Positions 50,216 through 59,905 of a stretch of 64,000 nucleotides of DNA are shown one piece after another (the first letter of the stretch is position 1; every line of letters starts with the position of its first letter). The notes under the pieces were generated by a model. The model ran no database searches. It saw only the letters and a list, made by a program, of their open reading frames with translations, and had not been told where the DNA came from. The position numbers were made by a program, and so were the translations under genes. Origin of the DNA: Myxococcota bacterium (lineage in GTDB: Bacteria; Myxococcota_A; UBA9160; SZUA-336); contig CBDFGR010000002.1 of assembly GCA_965247115.1 (NCBI GenBank), positions 960,001-1,024,000 on the forward strand. The letters run 5' to 3'.

Positions 50216-51001
50216 CTACTCTTCCGCCCGCTTGGCCTCCCGCCAGAGCTCGAGCGGCTCTTTGGGGGACTTCGACGAGAACTCCTCACCCCGCGTCGCG
50301 AGCGCCTCTTCCATCTGCCGGAAGCGCGTCTCGAATTTCGCATTCGCCGCCCGAATCGCAGTCTCGGGATCGACGCCTAGCTCCGTCGCGACACTGACGC
50401 TGGCAAAGAGAACGTCGCCCAACTCGTCCAGTATGCGAGCGGGATCGGACTCCGTCGCCGCAACGCGGAGCTCGCCCAGCTCCTCCTCGAGCTTCGACAG
50501 GCTCTCCGCAACGCCGGGCCACCGGAAGCCCACCCGACGGGCGCGCCGCTGCAGCTTGGCAGCGCGTGTAAGGGCAGGAAGTCCCAAGGGAATCCCGGCC
50601 AGCGCCGCCGCGGAACCGCCAGCACTGACCGCGCGCTCTGCCGCCTTCATCTCCTCCCACTTCTCTTTCTGCTCTTCGGCGGAGCGCACAACCTCGTCGG
50701 CGAACACGTTGGGGTGCCGTCGGACCAGCTTCCGGCAGATCGCCTCAACGACCTCTTCGAAGCCGAACTTGCCCTCTTCGCTCGCCATCTGGGCGTGGAA
50801 CACGACCTGCAGCAGAAGGTCTCCGAGCTCGGCTGGCAGCGCAGACCAGTCAGCTCTGCGGATCGCGTCCTCTACCTCGTAGGCCTCTTCGATGGTGTAG
50901 GGAGCGATCGTTTCGAAGGTCTGCTCCTGATCCCAGGGACAACCCCGCTCGGGATCTCGGAGCTGTGCCATGATCTCCAGGAGCTCTTCAATGTGCGCCA
51001 C
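50216..51001 (-). CDS. mazG: Nucleoside triphosphate pyrophosphohydrolase
   Basis: GCPWDQEQT, EEAYEV, ELGDLLLQVVFH, tandem domain. Confidence 0.93.
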   Translation of the reverse strand: MAHIEELLEIMAQLRDPERGCPWDQEQTFETIAPYTIEEAYEVEDAIRRADWSALPAELGDLLLQVVFHAQMASEEGKFGFEEVVEAICRKLVRRHPNVFADEVVRSAEEQKEKWEEMKAAERAVSAGGSAAALAGIPLGLPALTRAAKLQRRARRVGFRWPGVAESLSKLEEELGELRVAATESDPARILDELGDVLFASVSVATELGVDPETAIRAANAKFETRFRQMEEALATRGEEFSSKSPKEPLELWREAKRAEE

Positions 51002-51040
51002 CCGCGAAGTATAGCCACGTCATGGCTGCACCGATCCTCC

Positions 51041-51781
51041 TCAGCTGAGCTCGTTCGCGACCTGCGGGTACACGCGCTGGAAGGCCTCGGCCATGGTGTC
51101 CGTCTTCAAGCCCAGGTTCGGGGCCGAGTTGCCCCGCGCCTGGACACCGCGGCGCCGCGCCACCTCGGTGTAGTACTGCCATAGGTACTCCTGCGCTTGC
51201 ATCACCTCCATGGCCTCGCGCTTGCGCGGCCATACCTCGGTGATATCGAGCAGCACGTCCGGGCGGAACTGGCACATCTCGGTCTGGTGTGGCTCCATCA
51301 GGAACAGGGGCGGAGCGCCGATCACCTCGCTGTCAGGGTCGTAGCCCGGGGCCTGCGCGATGATCCGCGCCTTCGCCGCTAGCTGGTTCGCCATCACGTG
51401 GTCCATGTTGTAGGGATCGATCGCCGTGTGTGTGATCACCAGCGTCGGCTGCACCTCCCGGTAGAGCTTGACGAGTCGGTCGAGCAGCTCCGGGCTCTCG
51501 TCGAGCGGATAGTCGTTCGCGTCGAAGCAATGGAGCTCACCGCCGAGCGCTGACGCGGCCTCCTCCGCCTCGACACGCCGGGCGATCTTGATCTCTGGCA
51601 GCGTCATCCCCTCACGCCAGAACTTTGCGGACTCGCCGCGCTCGCCGAAGGTCAGACACACCACGGTCGCACGGTGGCCACGGCTCGCGTAGAGCGCGGT
51701 CACGCCGCCCGCGTGCCAGACGAAATCCGCGGCGTGCGCGCTCACGACGAGCAGCGACTCCCGCGCGCTGTCCTGAGTCAT
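51041..51781 (-). CDS. PIG-L-family protein, 4-oxalomesaconate hydratase GalB-like
   Basis: VSAHAADFVW, FGERGESAK, DPYNMDH, ARIIAQA, EPHQ, LWQYY. Confidence 0.78.
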   Translation of the reverse strand: MTQDSARESLLVVSAHAADFVWHAGGVTALYASRGHRATVVCLTFGERGESAKFWREGMTLPEIKIARRVEAEEAASALGGELHCFDANDYPLDESPELLDRLVKLYREVQPTLVITHTAIDPYNMDHVMANQLAAKARIIAQAPGYDPDSEVIGAPPLFLMEPHQTEMCQFRPDVLLDITEVWPRKREAMEVMQAQEYLWQYYTEVARRRGVQARGNSAPNLGLKTDTMAEAFQRVYPQVANELS

Positions 51782-52263
51782 ACCGCGTGCTCCCGCATTT
51801 CCTCGGCCGCACGCTGGATCGCGCGAATCATGCGGGGCTGTGCACCGCAGCGACACAGGTTCTGAGAGAGTGCTCGACACACATCAGCGTCACTCGGATC
51901 GTCGTTCCACGCGAGCAGCGCCGCGGCCGCCATCAGGATGCCGGGAACACAGTAGGCACACTGGGCTGCCTGCTCTTCCAGAAACGCGCGTTGCAAGGGG
52001 TGGAGCGCGGAGCCATTCGCGAGTCCTTCGACGGTCTGGACCTCGCGTTCTCCCACCTGACCCAGCGGTAGCGTACAGGAGTGAACGGCCTCGCCCCCGA
52101 CAATCACGGTACAGGACCCGCACTGCTCGAGGCCACAGCCAAACTTCGCCGCGAGGAGCCCTAGATCGTTGCGGAGCACGTAGAGGAGTGGTGTCGCCGC
52201 GTCCACTTCAACGGCACGATCCTCACCGTTCACGCGCAGCTCGATCGCTTCGGCCTGTGGCAC
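51778..52263 (-). CDS. (2Fe-2S) small subunit of the xanthine/aldehyde oxidoreductase family
   Basis: KFGCGLEQCGSC, QCAYC, NLCRCG. Confidence 0.9.
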   Translation of the reverse strand: MPQAEAIELRVNGEDRAVEVDAATPLLYVLRNDLGLLAAKFGCGLEQCGSCTVIVGGEAVHSCTLPLGQVGEREVQTVEGLANGSALHPLQRAFLEEQAAQCAYCVPGILMAAAALLAWNDDPSDADVCRALSQNLCRCGAQPRMIRAIQRAAEEMREHAV

Positions 52264-52451
52264 CCGCGAATTCTACACGCCGAACGAGCAGAGGGTCGAG
52301 GTGCTCAGGCATCCCTCGACCCGGCGCAAAGGGGCCGCGGTGGGGAGTGGGAAGTCGGCGAGCCCACGCCGGTATACTGCGAGGCGCAGGAGAGAGCAAC
52401 GATGAGCAAGCGACGTCCCCAGCCTGGTCATTTACGAGAACGGCTAGCGGA

Positions 52452-53621
52452 GTGGACGCGCTAGAGCTCCTAGAACGAACGCGCAAGCTGCTGCCACAGC
52501 TGGGGGCGCGTGCGGCGGAGACGGAGCAGCTGCGGCGCGTCCCCGAGGACACCGTGGCCGCGCTCCACCAGGCGGGCCTGATGCGCGCGCTCCAGCCCCG
52601 GTCGTGGGGAGGTCTCGAGCTCGATCCGCTGGGCTTTTACGAGGCCACCGCGGAGGTTGCAGCCGCCTGCCCCTCCACCGGTTGGGTGCTCGCGGTGCTC
52701 GGCGTCCACCCATGGCAGCTGGCCCTGTTCCCCGAGCAGGCGCAGCGAGATGTCTGGGAGGAGGACCCCGACACGGCGATCAGCTCCTCGTACGCGCCCA
52801 CGGGAAGCGTCGAGCCCATCGCCGGCGGGTTCCGCATTCGAGGCCGCTGGTCCTTCTCGAGCGGTTGCGACGCCTGCACCTGGGTCTTCCTTGGCGGCTT
52901 CGTCCCGAACGCCGACGGATCCCGCGACATGCGGACATTCCTGCTGCCCCACAGCGACTACACGATCGACGATACCTGGCACGTCGCGGGTCTGGCCGGA
53001 ACCGGGAGCAAGGACATCGTCGTGGACGATGCCTTCGTTCCCGAGCACCGCACGCACCGCTTCCTCGACGCGTTCCAGCTGCGGAATCCCGGGCGGACCG
53101 CGAACCCCGGCCCGCTCTACCGGCTACCGTGGGGCTGCGTGTTCGCTTGGGGCCTCGTCGGGCCGGCCATCGGGGCCGCTCAGGGTGCGCTCGATGCCTA
53201 CCGCGAGCAGATGTGCGAGAAGCGCTCGGCCTATTCACGCGGGACGGTGGCGGAGGATCCTTTTGCGCAGGTGCACCTCGCGGAGACAGCAGGAGAGATC
53301 GCAGCGTCGCGGAGCGAGATGCGCGAGCTGTGGGGCCGAATGACGACCCTGGTCCACGATGGGACGGAGATCCCGATGGAGCTCCGCGTGCGCACGCGCT
53401 TCGCCGCCGCAAACGCGGTCGCGCGCAGCGTCCGCGCCGTAGACCGCCTGTTCGAGGCGGCTGGCGGCCATGCCATCTACCTGGACAACCCGCTCCAGCG
53501 CTTCTTCCGCGACGTCCACGCCATGCGCGCCCACGCCATCAACAACCTGGACCGCGCCGCCCGCCTCTTCGGCCACTACCAGCTCCGCCCGAACGACCCC
53601 CCATCCGACGTGTTTCTGTAG
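52452..53621 (+). CDS. Flavin-dependent monooxygenase, HsaA-like (acyl-CoA dehydrogenase fold)
   Basis: CPSTGW..GVHPW, ISSSYAPTG, WSFSSGCD, GLAGTGS, QRFFRDVHA..AH; start uncertain. Confidence 0.82.
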   Translation: MDALELLERTRKLLPQLGARAAETEQLRRVPEDTVAALHQAGLMRALQPRSWGGLELDPLGFYEATAEVAAACPSTGWVLAVLGVHPWQLALFPEQAQRDVWEEDPDTAISSSYAPTGSVEPIAGGFRIRGRWSFSSGCDACTWVFLGGFVPNADGSRDMRTFLLPHSDYTIDDTWHVAGLAGTGSKDIVVDDAFVPEHRTHRFLDAFQLRNPGRTANPGPLYRLPWGCVFAWGLVGPAIGAAQGALDAYREQMCEKRSAYSRGTVAEDPFAQVHLAETAGEIAASRSEMRELWGRMTTLVHDGTEIPMELRVRTRFAAANAVARSVRAVDRLFEAAGGHAIYLDNPLQRFFRDVHAMRAHAINNLDRAARLFGHYQLRPNDPPSDVFL

Positions 53622-53625
53622 CGGA

Positions 53626-54069
53626 TCAGGCCAGGGCAGCTCCGTTCTCAGCCAGCCATTTGTTCAGGACCTGCTCTGAATCGGGATCGAGAGTGTCTTT
53701 CAGCAAGGCGATGCGGTCGCCTTCGAAGGTGGCCGCCTCCTTTCCAGAGAACACGAGGTCGGGGGTGCCCGTTTTCCTGAGGCTCACCCGAAAGCTTGTC
53801 GTGAGTATGTCGCCGACCAGCGTGGGCGAATGGAGTTCCAGCGTGCGGCTGTCCATTCGCCGGTCGAAGCCGTCGACGGAGTTCTTCAGCTTGGTCAGCA
53901 CGGCCTCGCGGCCCTTTGCGGTGGCAGCGGGGTCGTCGGGATCTGCATCGGGCTCGCCCGCGTAGACCGCGTCCTCTGTAAAGTACTGGGCGATGCGCGA
54001 CCAGTCGTCGTCTTTGTAGCTCTCCTCGAATGCGTCCGCGTAGGCCTGAAACCGCTCCAGGATGCTCAT
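53626..54069 (-). CDS. NTF2/SnoaL-like protein
   Basis: YFTEDAVY, GREAV, FEGDRIALLKD; AGGAGA RBS. Confidence 0.7.
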   Translation of the reverse strand: MSILERFQAYADAFEESYKDDDWSRIAQYFTEDAVYAGEPDADPDDPAATAKGREAVLTKLKNSVDGFDRRMDSRTLELHSPTLVGDILTTSFRVSLRKTGTPDLVFSGKEAATFEGDRIALLKDTLDPDSEQVLNKWLAENGAALA

Positions 54070-54216
54070 GGGGTCTCCTTCTCGGACGAGTATACCTCGC
54101 CGGCAAGCGGCTCGGGGCGGTCGGACTACCCGCCCGGCACCCTGCTTGACGTGGGCGGAGCAGCTGCTTAACGTCGCCGTAGTGATGCTCCAGCGCACCC
54201 GCAGCGCAGTGGTCGC

Positions 54217-55206
54217 ATGAAGGCCGGCGTCCTTCAGTTCTTCAGCTGGCCCGAGCGGCGCGTACCCCTCGAGACCGTATACGAGCGCGCGCTCCAGCGC
54301 ATCGACATCATGGATCAGACCGGCTACGACGCCGTCTGGCTCGCGGAGCACCACTTCAACACGTACAGCGTGTGCCCTTCCGTGCATCTCATGGGCATGC
54401 ACGTGGCGGGACGGACGCGCAACTTGCGCATCGGCACAGCGGTATCACTTGCGGCGTTCTACCATCCGTTGCGCCTGGCCGAGGAGGTCGCCCTGCTCGA
54501 CGTGCTCTCGGGCGGACGCGTGAACTGGGGAGCCGGACGCGGCTTCGACATGACCGAGTTCCGGGCCTTCAACGTGCCGAGGGAGGAGAGCTACCCGCGC
54601 TTCCGGGAAGCTGTCGACATCGTGCTCGAGGCCTGGCGAAAAGACCGCATCACCTACCATGGCGACTACTTTCACTTCGATGACATCGAGGTCTTGCCCA
54701 AGCCGATGCAGAAGCCGCACCCTCCGGTGTGGCTCGCCTCCACCTCCCCCGAGGCGATCGCGTGGTCGGGTGAGCGCGGCTACACAATCATGCTCGACCC
54801 ACACTCCGCCCACCGCGACATCGCCGCGAAGCGGGAGCGCTACCGAGAGGCGCTGGAGAAGCATGGACACTCCATCGAGGGACGCGAGATTCCGATGGCG
54901 CGCCTGCTCGCCATCGGAGAGACGGCTGCGGAAGCCGAGCAAATCGCGCGCAGCGGTGCTGGCTGGACCGTCGGGGCCTATGCGAACGCCGCACAGCGCG
55001 GGGGTGTGCGCGGTGCCTTCGAAACCGATGGCGATCCCGTCGAGCGCTACCTGAACGACGTGATCATCCACGGTACTCCCGAGGCCGTCGGCGACAAGAT
55101 CGAGCAGCTTCGCGAGGAGATGTTCCTGGACTACCTGCTGTGCGCGCCGCTCTCCCACGGTACCTTCATGCTGTTCACGGAGAAGGTGCTCCCGCGCTTC
55201 CTCTAG
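54217..55206 (+). CDS. LLM-class flavin-dependent oxidoreductase
   Basis: WLAEHHF, HPLRLAEEVALLDVLSGGR, PKPMQKPHPP. Confidence 0.88.
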   Translation: MKAGVLQFFSWPERRVPLETVYERALQRIDIMDQTGYDAVWLAEHHFNTYSVCPSVHLMGMHVAGRTRNLRIGTAVSLAAFYHPLRLAEEVALLDVLSGGRVNWGAGRGFDMTEFRAFNVPREESYPRFREAVDIVLEAWRKDRITYHGDYFHFDDIEVLPKPMQKPHPPVWLASTSPEAIAWSGERGYTIMLDPHSAHRDIAAKRERYREALEKHGHSIEGREIPMARLLAIGETAAEAEQIARSGAGWTVGAYANAAQRGGVRGAFETDGDPVERYLNDVIIHGTPEAVGDKIEQLREEMFLDYLLCAPLSHGTFMLFTEKVLPRFL

Positions 55207-55440
55207 TCGAATGAAGCGTCAGATCCGGGGCCACTTGTAGCCCGACCCGCGGCTAGCACCGAAGCGCCCGCTCTTGACGCGGCTGACGTCTCCACCGTTG
55301 GCATCGCCTCCCCTCGGTAACCACAGCTCAGTGTGCGAGCGGTGTTCAGGGTCTGAAATGTCAACCATCGACAAGGTCCCCCCGCCGCACCCGTACCAGG
55401 TCGGCAGCTACGTCATCAGGGATCCGATGCTTACACCGAC

Positions 55441-55563
55441 GCGGAGCCGGGACCGGTCTCGAAGACCGTCTGCCCTCTCCTCCTCGAAGCGCCGGCGCAC
55501 TTGTAGCCGGTCTTCCGGCTGACTCGAAAGCGCTGTCTGTTACCTATGTACCCGGTTCATACC
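55441..55563 (-). pseudogene. IS481-family remnant (end motif and frameshifted HTH fragment)
   Basis: Minus strand GGTATGAACCGGGTACATAGGTAACA, then QRFRVSRKTGYK, frameshift, RRRFEEERADGLRDRSR; homologous to 5090-5180. Confidence 0.75.
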
Positions 55564-55565
55564 CC

Positions 55566-55607
55566 TTGACATATTCAATAGAAAGCCCTAATCTACACCA
55601 ATCGGTG
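55566..55607 (+). promoter_or_regulatory. Sigma70-type promoter and near-palindrome upstream of Y1 copy 2
   Basis: TTGACA, 17 bp, TAATCT, then CACCAATCGGTG. Confidence 0.72.
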
Positions 55608-55612
55608 ATAGG

Positions 55613-56296
55613 GTGAAGAAATCAAAGACACAGCTCTCCCTTGATCTACGGCCTCTGGCGCGGCATGGGGGGCGGCGTGAGGGGGCGGGACGCAAGCCGG
55701 GGGCCGATCCCCTGGTTCGGCACCGGAGTCGGCCGAAGCTGGCGTCGCGATACCCTTGCCACGTGACGCTCCGGGTACGCGAGGGGGTTCCGTCGTTGCG
55801 GGCTCCGGCGTTTGTGCGGGCGTTCGAGGGGACGCTGGCGCGTGGGTGCGACAGGGGGGAGTTTCGGTTAGTGCACTACGCGCTCCTGCGGAATCACGCG
55901 CACCTCATCGTCGAGGCAAATGATCGGCATGCACTCGGTCGCGGGATGAAGTCTCTCAGCAGGAGGATGGCCTGGGCAATGCGGCGCGCGTTCGGCCGGC
56001 GGGGTGGCCTGCTGGCAGACCGGTACCACATGCGGGTCCTGAAGACCCCACGCGAGGTTCGGAACGCGGTGCGCTACGTCCTGCTCAACGCGGCGAGGCA
56101 TTGCGGCTCCTCACTCGCGACGGTGGACCCGGCCTCGTCGGGGCACTGGTTTGACGGCTGGCGAAGAGGACGGGCGCCCGGAGCGAGCGGGGCTCCGGTC
56201 GCGCCCGCTCACACCTGGCTACTCAGAAAGGGGTGGCGGCGCTACGGATTGCTCGATCCGTCGGACGTGCCCGGAGAAGCCCGCGCCTCTCTCTAG
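55613..56296 (+). mobile_element. HUH Y1 tyrosine transposase (RAYT/IS200-like), copy 2
   Basis: HYALLRNHAHLIVEA, RNAVRYVLLN; roughly 80% identical to copy 1 by eye. Confidence 0.85.
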
Positions 56297-56386
56297 ACAG
56301 GGGCGCCCAAGGCGGTCGCTAGCCTGACGCGTGGCCCAGCGTTCCCACGTAAGGCTGGACGCGCATCGGATCGTCCTCGCCCATCG

Positions 56387-57541
56387 CTACAGCTTGTCTA
56401 GCCGTCGGCACGCCTCGTCGAGATCCTCGTCGGTCTTCCCGAAGCAGAAGCGCGCCAGCTCGTGACCCTCCTCGTCGTGGTAGAAGGCCTCCCCCGGCAC
56501 CGCAGCTACCCCCACCTGCTCGAGCAGGTGCATGGCACGCGCCTCGCCCGTGCTTCCTGGCAGCCGGGAGATGTCCGCCAGGACGAAGTACGATCCCTGC
56601 GGCGGGTACGGCTCGAGTCCCGCGCGCTCGAGGGCGGCGCACAGCCGATCTCGCCTCGGTTCGAACTCGCGACCTATTGCAGTGTAGTACTCCGGGCCGA
56701 GCTGCTCGAGCGCGCGCGCAGCCCCGAGCTGCAGGGGGGTCGGCGGGCACACGTACACCAGGTCGTTCAGCGCCCCAAAGTGGGTCGCCAAGGGCCGGTC
56801 CGCGGCAATCCAGCCAACGCGCCAGCCAGTGACGGCGAAGGTCTTCGAGAGGGCGTTCATCGTGACGGTGCGTTCGCGCAAGCCGGGCAGGCTGGCCGGG
56901 CTCACGTGCTCGAGGCCGTCGAACACGAAGTGCTCATACACCTCGTCGGTCAAGAGCAGCAGATCGTGGCGCTCCGCCACGCGACCCAGCTCTACGAGCT
57001 CCTCCCGACTGAAGATCTTTCCCGAGGGGTTCACGGGTGTGTTGATCACGATGGCGCGCGTGCGCGGCGTGATCGAGGCCTCCAGGTCCTCGACCTGGAA
57101 CGACCAGTCGGGCCTCGGCAGCCGCACGCAAACAGGCGTCACGTCGAGGGCGAAGAGCGTATCGAGGTGGTAGCCGTAGTAGGGCTCGAACAGGATGACC
57201 TCGTCGCCCGGCTCGAGCAGCGCGAGGGCTGCGACGTAGAAGGCCCCGGTCGCTCCGCTCGTCACGAGGATCTCGCCCTCGGGGTCGTACTCGAGCCCGT
57301 TGTCGCGCTTCATCTTCCCCGCCAACGCACGGCGGAGCTCCTCCAGGCCGTCGTAGCGCGAGTAGGTGTTGGCGCCCTCCTCGATGGCGGCCTGCGCCGC
57401 GCGTCGGACCGCATGGGGCACGGGCGTATCGCAGACACCCTGCGCGAGGTTCACGCCCGCCACCCGGGCACACTCAACCGTCATGCTGCGAATCGGTGAG
57501 TGACGGACGTTCCGCGCCCGCTGACTCGGCCGGACTCTCAT
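56387..57541 (-). CDS. PLP-dependent aminotransferase class I/II
   Basis: NTPVNPSG, DEVYE, SKTFAVTGWRVG. Confidence 0.9.
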   Translation of the reverse strand: MRVRPSQRARNVRHSPIRSMTVECARVAGVNLAQGVCDTPVPHAVRRAAQAAIEEGANTYSRYDGLEELRRALAGKMKRDNGLEYDPEGEILVTSGATGAFYVAALALLEPGDEVILFEPYYGYHLDTLFALDVTPVCVRLPRPDWSFQVEDLEASITPRTRAIVINTPVNPSGKIFSREELVELGRVAERHDLLLLTDEVYEHFVFDGLEHVSPASLPGLRERTVTMNALSKTFAVTGWRVGWIAADRPLATHFGALNDLVYVCPPTPLQLGAARALEQLGPEYYTAIGREFEPRRDRLCAALERAGLEPYPPQGSYFVLADISRLPGSTGEARAMHLLEQVGVAAVPGEAFYHDEEGHELARFCFGKTDEDLDEACRRLDKL

Positions 57542-57621
57542 TCAGGATCCCCCGCTCTGCTCACGAGCGCACGCGTATAGCGATGTTCCAACACCTGCAC
57601 ACTGTTATACTCCGTCATCTG

Positions 57622-57817
57622 ATGGGATCACCACTCGCTCGAGCTCGACACCGGCGCCACCGGCAAGAAGCCCGCCGCGCCATGCTCGACGCCACCGAGG
57701 CCCTGATGCTGGAGGACGGCGGGGACGAGTTCTCGATCCGATGACCCCTGGTCAAAGGACCTGACCGAAGGGGCCATCGAGGTGCTGCTGCGAGGAATGC
57801 TCGAGGGGAGGCCCTGA
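57622..57817 (+). pseudogene. Internally deleted TetR-family regulator
   Basis: RRAMLDATEALMLEDGGDEFSIR then stop, followed by a C-terminus-like LTEGAIEVLLRGM whose TGA overlaps the next ATG. Confidence 0.6.
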
Positions 57818-58567
57818 TGCCGCGCGCTCTCCTCGCGGCGCTGGGCGTTCTGCTCGCCGGGTTCTTCGCCTGCTCTTCTGAGCAGGAGCGTCGAGTCGTC
57901 TCGGCGCCACCCGTGGCGACCGCTCCAGTGCTCTCGATCGACCTCGAGGATCAGATCGACGCAAGCGGTGAGGTTCTCGCCCTGCAGCATGCCGAGATCG
58001 CATCGGAGATCAGCGGACGGATCACGCAGATCGTGCTCAACGAGGGCTCCGCGGCCGAGGAGGGAGCGACCGTGGTGGAGATCGATCCCGAGCGCCGCGA
58101 GCTCGAGCTGTTGACCACGCGCGCGGGACTCGTCGAAGCCGAGACGGCCCTCCGTGAGCAGCGCCGCGAGGCCGAGCGGGTGCGCGAGCTCCACCGGCGG
58201 AGCGTCGCGTCGGAAGCGGATCTCGACCAGGCGGAGACTCAGCTGCAGCTTGCGGACTCGCGCCCTGAGCGCCGCGCGGGCCCGCGCGGGGGTGGCCGAG
58301 CGTGCCCTGGGCGATGCGAGCGTTCGAGCGCCGTTCAGCGGGCTCGTTGCCCGGCGCTTCATCAGCGTCGGTGAGTTCGTGCAGACCGGCGCGTTTCGCA
58401 ACGGTCGGGTCGAGGTAGTGAGCGGACTCGACGCCCGGGATCAGGTCGTGACCCGCGGTCACACGTCGCTCGTCGACGGCTCTACCGTCATAGTGCGCAA
58501 CATCGACGGCACTCCGACACGCCCGCCAGACGGGGCCACGGGGCCCGGGGGTTCGGACCTCGACTGA
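57817..58567 (+). pseudogene. RND efflux membrane-fusion protein, frameshifted and internally deleted
   Basis: EIASEISGRI, frame change near 58262, VRAPFSG..VGEFVQTG joined directly to GRVEVVSGL..DQVVTRG. Confidence 0.75.
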
Positions 58568-58621
58568 CTCCAACAGCGGCGCTTGCCTGCCGCTGTACAC
58601 TCGCCCGTCTCGAGGAACCCG

Positions 58622-59905
58622 ATGTCGATTCCCCACCGCTTTGCCCCACTCGCCGTCCCCGGCTTCCGACTCTACGTCGCGAGCCGCTTCTTCTCAGGCG
58701 TGGGAATGACGCTGCTGCGCATGCAGATCCTGTGGCACGTGCACGAGATCTCGGGCTCCGCGTTTCACCTGGGGCTCGTGGGACTCGTCCAGTTCCTCCC
58801 AGCCCTCGGCCTGAGCCTGGTCGGCGGCGCGGTAGCGGACAGCTACGACCGGCGAAAAATCGCGATCCTTGCAGAGGCGATTTCGCTGGGCTGTACGGCG
58901 GTCCTGTACGTGGCCACGTCCCAGGGAAACGACAGCCTGCCGCTCATCTACGGGCTCGTCTTCGTGATCGCTGTCGCGGGCGCCTTCGAGAACCCTGCGC
59001 GGACCGCGCTGCTACCAAGCCTGGTCCCGAGAGACCTGTTCCCGGCGTCGGTCACACTCTACACCGGCGTGCAGATGATCGCGTTCATGACCGGACCCGC
59101 GCTGCAGGGTGTCGTCGTCGCCACCGTGGGACGGGGCGCTGCATACGGCATGCACTTCGCCTTCGGGCTGATCGCGCTCGTGGGTTTGGCCCTGCTTCGA
59201 CCGCGCCCGCTCGACGGCCCGCCACAACGGGTGAGCTGGGCGGCGATTGCGGAAGGGTTGGCCTACGTGCGCAACAACCAGGTCGTGCTCGGCTGCATGA
59301 GCCTCGACATGTTCGCAGTTCTCTTCGGCGGCGCCGTCGCGCTGCTCCCCATCTACGCCAAGGACATTCTCGGCGCCGGCGACGTGGGCTACGGGATCCT
59401 CGCGGCCTCGCTCGAGGTCGGAGCCTTTCTCATGTGGATCCTGCTCATGATCCTGCCCCCCATCCAGCGCCTGGGTCGGGCCCTGATCGTCGCGATCGCG
59501 GTCTTTGGCGTGGCGACCATCGTCTTCGGCCTGTCCCGCTCCTTCCCGTTCTCGGTCGCGGCGTACATGGCGGTCGGCATGGCGGACTATGTGAGCGTCG
59601 TGATCCGCGGCATCGCCATCCAGCTCTCCACACCCGACGCGCTCAGGGGTCGCGTGAGCTCCGTCAACATGATCTTCATCGGCGCTTCAAACCAGCTGGG
59701 CGCCGTGGAGTCGGGCTTCGTCGCGGCGCTCACGAACGCGACGTTCGCCGTCGTGAGCGGAGGGGCAGCAAGTCTGGCCGCACTTGCCTTCGTCGCGAGA
59801 CGCCTTCCGGAGCTCCGACGCTACACGCTGTCCGCGAGCGTGGCCGCGTACGAACGAGCGGTAGGGGAGGCGGAGGACTCGCTTACGGATCCTCGTTCGA
59901 GTTGA
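58622..59905 (+). CDS. MFS transporter (EntS-like)
   Basis: GAVADSYDRRK, LDMFAVLFGG, TPDALRGRVSS. Confidence 0.88.
   Translation: MSIPHRFAPLAVPGFRLYVASRFFSGVGMTLLRMQILWHVHEISGSAFHLGLVGLVQFLPALGLSLVGGAVADSYDRRKIAILAEAISLGCTAVLYVATSQGNDSLPLIYGLVFVIAVAGAFENPARTALLPSLVPRDLFPASVTLYTGVQMIAFMTGPALQGVVVATVGRGAAYGMHFAFGLIALVGLALLRPRPLDGPPQRVSWAAIAEGLAYVRNNQVVLGCMSLDMFAVLFGGAVALLPIYAKDILGAGDVGYGILAASLEVGAFLMWILLMILPPIQRLGRALIVAIAVFGVATIVFGLSRSFPFSVAAYMAVGMADYVSVVIRGIAIQLSTPDALRGRVSSVNMIFIGASNQLGAVESGFVAALTNATFAVVSGGAASLAALAFVARRLPELRRYTLSASVAAYERAVGEAEDSLTDPRSS

Noticed and set aside
55347..55369. TGTCAACCAT motif as an additional IS481 end
   Set aside because: Match is too short to support
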